A DNA stretch of 5,028 nt from a virus (lineage: Duplodnaviria > Heunggongvirae > Uroviricota > Caudoviricetes), in the IMG/VR virus record IMGVR_UViG_2690315922_000020; one strand, written 5' to 3'. Shown in pieces: positions 1 to 5,028 of the stretch (position 1 is the stretch's first letter; each line of letters starts with the position of its first letter). The translations under genes were made by a program, and so were the position numbers. The notes below the pieces were generated by a model that was not told the DNA's origin, did not search any database, and was given only the letters and a program-made list of their open reading frames with translations.

Positions 1-573
1 GTGAGCTTCCTATCTACTCAGCAAATACATGATCAATGTCTAGCAACAACACAAAAAGCTATTGAATCACTTGGATGGACTAATATCTCTGTAGGCGTTT
101 TGAGCGATGAAGAGAGACGCCAGCTTGAAGATGCAAGTTTACAAAGCCACTTGGACTGGCGATGGGCGATGCAGACCTATCGCGGTGACGCTGTAGATGG
201 AATACTGGATATAACGTTAAAGCTGATCGACCGTGATGAGCCCGAACAGCTTCATGCGGTTATCATTTGTAAATACGACTGGCGCCGTGAGCAATTCTCA
301 ATTTGCATGTTAGAAAACTTCATTTCAGATGAGGATACCGACCTAACAGGCAATGTGTTGATCATCGCACTTATTTACGCGACTACCTTCTGCCAGATCG
401 CGGAGCTTGACGACGTTTATATTCAAGATCCTACTGAAGATGCACAACCGCGTTACAGGAGCTACGGATTTGCCCAAGTATGGCATGACCACAGTAAGAT
501 GTCTGCAGATGTGCACGACATCCTCGACACCATACGACGGAAAGTGAATGGCATTGACCCAGTTGAAGAATGA
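1..573 (+). CDS. Hypothetical acidic protein, about 190 aa; 5' end may be truncated by the window edge
   Basis: Uninterrupted ORF from base 1 (GTG at the window edge, so the true start may lie upstream) to TGA at 571-573. Rich in Asp/Glu clusters (DEERRQLED, DRDEPEQ, SDEDTDLT, DPTEDAQ). No family recognised; a weak GNAT-motif-B-like 'RYRSYGF' is seen but the canonical R/Q-x-x-G-x-G/A loop is absent. Antisense ORFs 343..582 and 431..652 are treated as shadows. Confidence 0.5.
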   Translation: MSFLSTQQIHDQCLATTQKAIESLGWTNISVGVLSDEERRQLEDASLQSHLDWRWAMQTYRGDAVDGILDITLKLIDRDEPEQLHAVIICKYDWRREQFSICMLENFISDEDTDLTGNVLIIALIYATTFCQIAELDDVYIQDPTEDAQPRYRSYGFAQVWHDHSKMSADVHDILDTIRRKVNGIDPVEE

Positions 574-601
574 CAATCTCAATCAGCAGTCGATGGGCTG
601 T

Positions 602-630
602 TTGTTTAATGAACGCATTTGTTATAAAAT
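602..630 (+). promoter_or_regulatory. Candidate sigma70-type promoter upstream of the 57-aa ORF
   Basis: TTGTTT (602-607, 3/6 match to TTGACA), 17-nt spacer, TAAAAT (625-630, 5/6 match to TATAAT); lies about 30 nt upstream of the AAGAGG RBS. Pattern match only. Confidence 0.25.
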
Positions 631-663
631 TATCCGTAAAGTCTATAGCCAAAGAGGTTAACC

Positions 664-837
664 ATGATCAAACAACATAAAAAAATCACTTCTGATAAAG
701 CTATGGCTAGTGCAAGACGCTCTCTCGACTTCTGGGCTTCCATCGACGGCAACAAACTTGCCAAAGTTGGTCAGAAGGAAAAAGACATGGATATGGTCGG
801 GCCGAAGAAAGGTGTAAAGCCAGTAAGCCTCGGATAA
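664..837 (+). CDS. Small lysine-rich basic protein, 57 aa, unknown function
   Basis: ATG at 664 preceded by a strong Shine-Dalgarno AAGAGG (651-656) at 7-nt spacing; TAA at 835-837; followed 25 nt later by a hairpin terminator. Translation: MIKQHKKITSDKAMASARRSLDFWASIDGNKLAKVGQKEKDMDMVGPKKGVKPVSLG (13 K/R out of 57). Below the length cutoff of the supplied ORF track. Confidence 0.45.
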   Translation: MIKQHKKITSDKAMASARRSLDFWASIDGNKLAKVGQKEKDMDMVGPKKGVKPVSLG

Positions 838-861
838 TATTCATCATCCCTATCAAAAAAT

Positions 862-882
862 AAGGCTCCCATTGGGAGCCTT
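862..882. terminator. Rho-independent-type hairpin, potentially bidirectional
   Basis: Perfect 9-bp stem AAGGCTCCC (862-870) / GGGAGCCTT (874-882) with a 3-nt loop. An A6 run lies immediately upstream (855-860), giving a TTTTTT tail on the minus strand, and TTATTCAT lies downstream on the plus strand. Confidence 0.55.
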
Positions 883-889
883 ATTCATA

Positions 890-1042
890 TCATAACGGTT
901 TCCCGTTACCAAATTCGCTCTTCTCTTTGCTGAGCTGCTGTTTAGCATATGTGACCTTTCCCCAGGACGTAGGAGTCGTTAGCTGATCTGCTCCCCTTAA
1001 ACGAATGCAGCATAATATTAGAAAATTCCGCTCTTGGCACAT
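890..1042 (-). CDS. Speculative 50-aa minus-strand ORF ending at the shared terminator
   Basis: ATG at 1042-1040 with a weak AGGA 5 nt upstream; TGA at 892-890, immediately followed on the minus strand by the 862-882 hairpin plus T6 tail. Translation: MCQERNFLILCCIRLRGADQLTTPTSWGKVTYAKQQLSKEKSEFGNGKPL. No family recognised; could equally be a non-coding transcript 3' end. Confidence 0.2.
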   Translation of the reverse strand: MCQERNFLILCCIRLRGADQLTTPTSWGKVTYAKQQLSKEKSEFGNGKPL

Positions 1043-1286
1043 AGCAGTCCTAGAGACAGTGTCGTAAAGTTATGGAGGATCGGTGGGAGGAGGTAAAAAT
1101 CCTCTCATACAAAAATACGTAAAATCGATAACGGCTGATTTTCATTCAAACTCGTGCTATCGAATAGCACAAAGCCTTGCAATCCAGTGCAAAGCTTTGT
1201 GTGTATGAGTTTTTTCTCACATCACCAGGCAATCATCAAACTCCGTATTCCTGGCGTCATTAATTATGTAAGTGATCACCACGAAT

Positions 1287-1314
1287 ATAGCCAGTGCAGA
1301 ATAGCCAGTGCAGA
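1287..1314. repeat. Perfect 14-bp tandem duplication (ATAGCCAGTGCAGA x2)
   Basis: Read directly: 1287-1300 and 1301-1314 are identical. The unit is not a multiple of 3. It lies at the edge of a coding-like segment (1276-1491) that has mutually overlapping ORFs on both strands and no RBS. Confidence 0.9.
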
Positions 1315-1546
1315 ACTGTAACCATCATCATCTTCTGGCAGCGCTTCCCTTCTCCCGTTATCCAGATTAACCGGGTGGTGCTGAGGATGAGTCCGATATC
1401 GCTTGATCCTGAATTCCACATCTATAGCAAAGCGGAAGGATGTCTCAATGTCGTGGACACACAGTGTTACAGCCACAAATCTATAGCCTAAGAAAGGTTT
1501 ATTTTGTAATTAAAGAAGATTTTAAAAACCAGATTACTCATTCATA

Positions 1547-1575
1547 TAGACACCAATCCCCTACAGTCATAAAAT
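1547..1575 (+). promoter_or_regulatory. Candidate sigma70-type promoter for the acyltransferase gene
   Basis: TAGACA (1547-1552, 5/6 match to TTGACA), 17-nt spacer, TAAAAT (1570-1575, 5/6 match to TATAAT), in an AT-rich leader about 45 nt upstream of the ATG at 1618. Pattern match only. Confidence 0.35.
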
Positions 1576-1617
1576 GCCTCTTTTGAATTGCTTTATCTTC
1601 ATAACAAGAGGTTATTG

Positions 1618-2700
1618 ATGCTTCGCCACTTAACAGGACTCAGATTTATAGCTGCATTAATGGTTTATTTATGCCATTTAAATACAGACTATTTTGGTGT
1701 TTTTGTAAAAGAAATGTTTTCCCAGGGATTTATTGGCGTTTCCTTTTTCTTTATTTTATCTGGCTTCATTCTTTCATATTCATATGAAGACAAGCTAAAA
1801 AATGAAGTAACAAGTAAAAGACAGTTTATTCTTTTAAGATTGGCAAGAATTGTTCCAATGCATCTATTATTAGCCATGCCATTTATTTTACTAACCATTC
1901 ACTTAAAGAACTTTGATTTTTCAAAAACCTTAACAAATATTTTATTAATGCAAAGTTGGATACCAAAGGAGGATTACTACTTCTCATTAAATGGTGTATC
2001 ATGGTCTTTGTCTGATGAGCTGTTTTTTTATTTAATGTTTATTCCGTTGATTTATACATCAATTACAAAGAAAGTAATCACTGCAATATCAATTATAACT
2101 CTACTATTAACTATATATTTTTTAAAAATTATACAAACAGAAGAACTTAATCACTGGTTATATTATATATTCCCAGTAAGCCGCTTGGTAGAATTTATTT
2201 GCGGCATGATTATTTACGCTTGCTGGAAAAACAGCCGACAGCCGACAGCCGACAGCCGACAGCCGACAGCCGACAGCCGACAGCCGACAGCCGACAGCCG
2301 ACAGCCGACAGCCGACAGCCTTTTGTTTTTAATTTCACTATTACCTCTGCTAATAGCTATATATTATAGCAACAACATAAATAATAGTCTACGTTATTCG
2401 TTATATTATTTACTCCCCATGGTAATATTCTTTACTTCATGCATCTATCTAAGAAATGGAGTCATTCATACTATCCTCAGTTCAAAAACCCTAGAGCTAT
2501 TAGGGAAATCATCATTTATTTTTTATTTAATTCATCAACCCATTATATTATTTTGCTTTAAAATCTTTGGACATAACCCCGGACCACTCTATTTAATAGC
2601 GCTCCTTGTTATAATAACCATAGTCTCAATCATACTTTATAAATTAGTTGAGGAGCCTTTAGAGCTGATGCTAAGAAAACGAATTTTAGCAGTAAAATAA
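1618..2700 (+). CDS. Integral-membrane acyltransferase, family 3 (Oac/OafA-like O-antigen/LPS O-acetyltransferase type), 360 aa
   Basis: ATG at 1618 with AAGAGG (1606-1611) at 6-nt spacing; the track's upstream start at 1588 is a TTG with no RBS. Polytopic hydrophobic protein with family hallmarks: N-terminal R-x10-H in the first helix (LRFIAALMVYLCH), FFFILSGF, RLARIVP, and a C-terminal SSFIFYLIHQP motif. Very AT-rich, unlike the flanking tail genes. Contains the in-frame heptanucleotide tract listed separately. Stop TAA at 2698-2700, followed by a hairpin terminator. Confidence 0.85.
   Translation: MLRHLTGLRFIAALMVYLCHLNTDYFGVFVKEMFSQGFIGVSFFFILSGFILSYSYEDKLKNEVTSKRQFILLRLARIVPMHLLLAMPFILLTIHLKNFDFSKTLTNILLMQSWIPKEDYYFSLNGVSWSLSDELFFYLMFIPLIYTSITKKVITAISIITLLLTIYFLKIIQTEELNHWLYYIFPVSRLVEFICGMIIYACWKNSRQPTADSRQPTADSRQPTADSRQPTADSLLFLISLLPLLIAIYYSNNINNSLRYSLYYLLPMVIFFTSCIYLRNGVIHTILSSKTLELLGKSSFIFYLIHQPIILFCFKIFGHNPGPLYLIALLVIITIVSIILYKLVEEPLELMLRKRILAVK
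2231..2320 (+). repeat. Heptanucleotide simple-sequence repeat (ACAGCCG) x 12 plus a 6-nt partial unit, inside the acyltransferase CDS
   Basis: Read directly: 90 bp of perfect 7-nt periodicity with no degenerate units. GC-rich tract inside an AT-rich gene, flanked by A5 (2227-2231) and T4 (2321-2324). Encodes N-(SRQPTAD)4-S between two hydrophobic segments. Confidence 0.95.
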
Positions 2701-2703
2701 ATA

Positions 2704-2725
2704 AAACCGCGCTATTGCGCGGTTT
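2704..2725. terminator. Bidirectional rho-independent-type terminator between the convergent acyltransferase and tail operon
   Basis: Stem AAACCGCGC (2704-2712) / GCGCGGTTT (2717-2725) with loop TATT; T-rich tails on both strands (plus: TTTTATCTT; minus: TTTTATTTATTT). Overlaps the 3' end of the small minus-strand ORF. Confidence 0.6.
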
Positions 2726-2891
2726 TATCTTCAGGCTTGATGAATTTTTTACCGTCATATGACCAGCCAATACCAACATCTCCAACACATTTAACTATAT
2801 CCGCTTTTTCTGGCTTAAACTCTGACTTACCATCCCATACAACAAGATTTGTAACGACACCATTTTGTACGACTGCATAAATATCGCTCAT
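2712..2891 (-). CDS. Small protein (59 aa from ATG 2891; 64 aa if GTG 2906) translationally coupled to the tail fibre; candidate fibre chaperone/accessory protein
   Basis: The ATG at 2891-2889 overlaps the tail-fibre TAA (2893-2891) as TAATG. A GGGAG lies about 9 nt upstream. The track's start at 2906 is a GTG inside the fibre's last codons. Stop TAG at 2714-2712. Translation: [59 protein letters not shown]. Much shorter than canonical Tfa/U/G-type assembly proteins (about 170-200 aa). Confidence 0.5.
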   Translation of the reverse strand: MSDIYAVVQNGVVTNLVVWDGKSEFKPEKADIVKCVGDVGIGWSYDGKKFIKPEDKTAQ

Positions 2892-3991
2892 TACTGATAC
2901 TCCCACACAAGAATATATCCCTGATTTCCATTATTTCCTGTCGCTGGGCCTGATGACGCCTTATTGTATTTACCTGTCCCGCCAATACCGTATGTCCCAA
3001 GCATAGTAGTGGTTATACTTTCAACGCCAATCGCCTGATCATCACCAAGTCCAAGTGCCCCACATAAATTTGATCGTGAAACTGAATGGAACAGAATCCC
3101 TTGCCCTGTAGGAATTGGTGCTTCTGTTGCACTTCCCCCTGAAAATGGAGGTACCTGCTGAACTTGAGTTGATCCCCTTCCTCCCGGGCATACAAGCAAA
3201 TCACCAAAGCTTGTATTCCCGCCGTCACCTCCAGAGCCTCCTGGTCCTGTTCCTGCTACACCACCGCTTCCAATAGTTACTTGCACGGATTCAGGTATAG
3301 ACTGATAAAAAAATGCTTTAGCATATGCCCCGTTGGAACCGGCAGCACTTACACCACAGTTATTTGAGGCTGTTGCTGATAAATTGCCACTGGCACCACC
3401 ACCGCCAACGGCTTCCACTATAATTTTCGTTACACCAGGTGATTTGTGATAAGTCCCAGATGATCCAAATACCTGAACCCCCAAAAGCCTTCCTGTTCCA
3501 TCACCAAGTGTTAAATATTGTAGATTTTCCGATACGTTTTTTTTACTTAAAATTTCCCTACCATTTTGAGTCAGCGCTGTCATATCCATTGTTCCAGCAC
3601 CTGTAAAAAATGCCAGCCCATCCGGTATTCCTGTTAAGCTCGACAATGATGTCAGATTATCATTTTTATCCTGTTTATCATTCAGAATGTCTGTCATTCC
3701 CAGGTTTTCGAGAGCCGTTTGCACAGTGCCATCCGATTTGATATCGCCAAACGGATTCTTGCGGCTTAACAGCAGCGCACGAAGCGCGGTAAGAAGCTGA
3801 TCGTGCCGCCCCTTCTCCAGGCTGGCACCGGATGCCTCCACCACGCTGCAGAGTTCTTCCTGCAACATGTCAAAGTAGTCATCATCCAGATCGGTGGCAG
3901 GCGTGCCGGTCTGGGGGTTACCACGGGTAAAACCGTTCTTACCCGCGCCGAACTTATCCTTCTGCGCGGTTTTCGTGTCTATACGATGCAT
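2891..3991 (-). CDS. Phage tail fibre protein, 366 aa, with a conserved N-terminal attachment region and a glycine-rich C-terminal putative receptor-binding domain
   Basis: ATG at 3991-3989 with GGAG about 8 nt upstream, 3 nt after the stop of the DUF2313 gene. The N-terminal about 80 aa ([47 protein letters not shown]...) resembles the conserved N-terminus of prophage tail fibres as I recall it. The C-terminal half is rich in G/S/T/N ([44 protein letters not shown]). Its position after the baseplate-J and DUF2313 genes matches the Mu/e14-type order. Confidence 0.85.
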   Translation of the reverse strand: MHRIDTKTAQKDKFGAGKNGFTRGNPQTGTPATDLDDDYFDMLQEELCSVVEASGASLEKGRHDQLLTALRALLLSRKNPFGDIKSDGTVQTALENLGMTDILNDKQDKNDNLTSLSSLTGIPDGLAFFTGAGTMDMTALTQNGREILSKKNVSENLQYLTLGDGTGRLLGVQVFGSSGTYHKSPGVTKIIVEAVGGGGASGNLSATASNNCGVSAAGSNGAYAKAFFYQSIPESVQVTIGSGGVAGTGPGGSGGDGGNTSFGDLLVCPGGRGSTQVQQVPPFSGGSATEAPIPTGQGILFHSVSRSNLCGALGLGDDQAIGVESITTTMLGTYGIGGTGKYNKASSGPATGNNGNQGYILVWEYQ

Positions 3992-3994
3992 GGA

Positions 3995-4579
3995 TTACTC
4001 CGGATATTTAAAAATTACGTAGGTATGCGAAGGGCAGAGTTTGTTAAGCACACACTCGACAACGGTGTCGCCCCAGATACGCAGTGCGGAATCACAGGGA
4101 TCGCCACATGTCATCCAGGTGGTGTTGGTGGCGGCTGGCATGTTGACCTGCCAGTAATACCGCCATTCCGGCGCATTCACCGCGTCAGTACAGGCAGATG
4201 AGCAGGTGAACGTGCTTTTATCGTATCGCGTGATGGTGGCGTCTGGTCTGCCCAGGGCAGCAAGCTGTGCAAGGTAAAAATCCTCATTAATGCCGCCCGC
4301 CAGATTAATCTTCGCATCCAGCCGTTGCTGACGCTGGCGAAGGGTCTGTGTCCCTGTAGGAATACATTCATCCGGCAGGCCGCACAGACGCTCCCAGCGG
4401 TTTATCAGTTCAGTGGTGGTGCGCGGATCCAGCTCCCGCATCAGGGCATCCGCACGCTGATGAACGCGGGTTAATGACGGTGCCGCACCGGCAATCGCCG
4501 GATCGCTGGCTGACCACGCCGGACCGGGGGGCAACAGTGCCGACAACAGACGGATGTAATCATCGTTTGTCACGTCCAT
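3995..4579 (-). CDS. Phage tail protein, DUF2313 / YmfQ / Mu gp48-like, 194 aa
   Basis: Motifs [43 protein letters not shown] and C-terminal [10 protein letters not shown] match my recollection of the YmfQ/gp48 family. The ATG at 4579-4577 overlaps the upstream baseplate-J stop by 10 nt (ATGGACGTGA); its own stop TAA (3997-3995) is 3 nt from the fibre start. Confidence 0.85.
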   Translation of the reverse strand: MDVTNDDYIRLLSALLPPGPAWSASDPAIAGAAPSLTRVHQRADALMRELDPRTTTELINRWERLCGLPDECIPTGTQTLRQRQQRLDAKINLAGGINEDFYLAQLAALGRPDATITRYDKSTFTCSSACTDAVNAPEWRYYWQVNMPAATNTTWMTCGDPCDSALRIWGDTVVECVLNKLCPSHTYVIFKYPE

Positions 4580-5028
4580 GAAATCGTCCCCAGTACCGCC
4601 AGTTCATTTTTTGCAATGGAGATATTGTCTGCCGGTGCAAGCAACTGATGGCTGTATTCCCCGTTCGCACCGGAAATCGCTTCACTGATACGCGACACCT
4701 TCAGTTCTCCCTGCGGATAACCATCACGCAGCAGGAACGAACGCAACTCGGCGGTGATGGCAGCCCGTATTTCTGGTGTATCCGGCGTCACACGGATATG
4801 AAAATCCACCGTATGCGCCACCGGCCTGAACACATACAAATCAGAGCCTGCCACCGGGGCCAGTGGCCCGATATGTTGTCTTGCCGCCATTTCCGTTGAT
4901 TCTTCCGGAATGGGATTAATCAGGTCACTGCTGGCAATCATCACACTGTTGTGGATCACAAAATCAGGACACCCGTGTAGCCTCTTTCCATTGATTTTCA
5001 TATTCACAGGGTGATAGCCCATTATTGT
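4570..5028 (-). CDS. Baseplate J-like protein, C-terminal portion (gene continues beyond the window's right edge)
   Basis: The reading frame is open to the window edge (no stop in the 6 nt above the track's Met at 5022), and its position immediately 5' of the DUF2313 gene matches a JayE/Mu gp47-type baseplate protein. The C-terminal sequence (...[22 protein letters not shown]...[11 protein letters not shown]) fits that family by recollection. Stop TGA at 4572-4570. Confidence 0.75.
   Translation of the reverse strand, partial: TIMGYHPVNMKINGKRLHGCPDFVIHNSVMIASSDLINPIPEESTEMAARQHIGPLAPVAGSDLYVFRPVAHTVDFHIRVTPDTPEIRAAITAELRSFLLRDGYPQGELKVSRISEAISGANGEYSHQLLAPADNISIAKNELAVLGTISWT

Noticed and set aside
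343-652. Minus-strand ORFs 343..582 (79 aa) and 431..652 (73 aa)
   Set aside because: Both lie antisense within or overlapping the longer plus-strand ORF 1..573, overlap each other, have no RBS and give low-complexity translations; treated as shadow ORFs.
840-1600. tRNA gene or phage attachment site in the long non-coding stretch
   Set aside because: No cloverleaf-compatible sequence or T-loop-like GTTCGAATCC motif was seen, and no integrase is in the window to anchor an att core; cannot be supported from sequence alone.
1588-1617. Upstream TTG start (track coordinate 1588) for the acyltransferase
   Set aside because: The codon at 1588 is TTG with no Shine-Dalgarno, whereas the ATG at 1618 has AAGAGG at ideal spacing; the shorter 1618..2700 model is preferred.
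1689-1898. Minus-strand 69-aa ORF inside the acyltransferase gene
   Set aside because: Antisense to a well-supported membrane-protein CDS in AT-rich sequence where long spurious ORFs are expected; no RBS.
2231-2320. Possibility that the 7-nt tract is a CRISPR array or an assembly artefact
   Set aside because: No spacers and the unit is far too short for CRISPR. The tract is perfectly in frame and flanked by unique sequence, consistent with a real coding repeat, though copy number should be confirmed with long reads.
3013-3228. Minus-strand 71-aa ORF inside the tail-fibre gene
   Set aside because: Same strand but different frame, nested within the 2891..3991 tail fibre; no independent support.
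2700-3430. Diversity-generating retroelement or Gin/Pin-type invertible segment acting on the tail-fibre 3' end
   Set aside because: No reverse transcriptase, no second copy (template repeat) of the fibre 3' region, no invertase gene, and no long inverted repeats flanking the fibre C-terminus within the window. The 2704-2725 palindrome is a GC-stem terminator hairpin, not a recombination site.
3803-4371. ORFs 3803..4201 (+, 132 aa) and 4177..4371 (-, 64 aa)
   Set aside because: Overlap the well-supported tail-fibre and DUF2313 genes, on the opposite strand or an alternate frame; Arg/Gly-rich translations typical of GC-rich shadow frames.
4648-4899. Plus-strand 83-aa ORF
   Set aside because: Antisense to the baseplate-J-like CDS; no RBS; shadow ORF.

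Overview
This window looks like the right-hand end of a tail-module from an enterobacterial-type prophage, followed by accessory cargo. On the minus strand, at about 50-55% GC, sits a tightly coupled tail operon: a baseplate-J-like gene (3' part, running off the window), a DUF2313/YmfQ/Mu gp48-like tail gene, a 366-aa tail fibre with a conserved N-terminus and a glycine-rich C-terminal domain, and a small 59-64 aa ORF coupled to the fibre by a TAATG stop/start overlap. Convergent on it, and separated by a bidirectional hairpin terminator, is a very AT-rich plus-strand gene for a family-3 integral-membrane acyltransferase (Oac/OafA-like O-antigen acetylase type). The most striking feature is a perfect heptanucleotide tract inside that gene, (ACAGCCG) x about 12.9 at 2231-2320, GC-rich, encoding (SRQPTAD)4 in a loop. 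Because 7 is not a multiple of 3, this is a strong candidate slipped-strand phase-variation switch. The left 1.6 kb holds an acidic 190-aa ORF of unknown function (possibly 5'-truncated by the window), a 57-aa lysine-rich ORF with a good RBS, a hairpin terminator, and about 700 bp with no convincing gene but with a coding-like remnant carrying a perfect 14-bp tandem duplication. No rRNA, tRNA, CRISPR array, or transposase/integrase is visible. All functional assignments come from reading the translated ORFs and motifs; no database search was possible.
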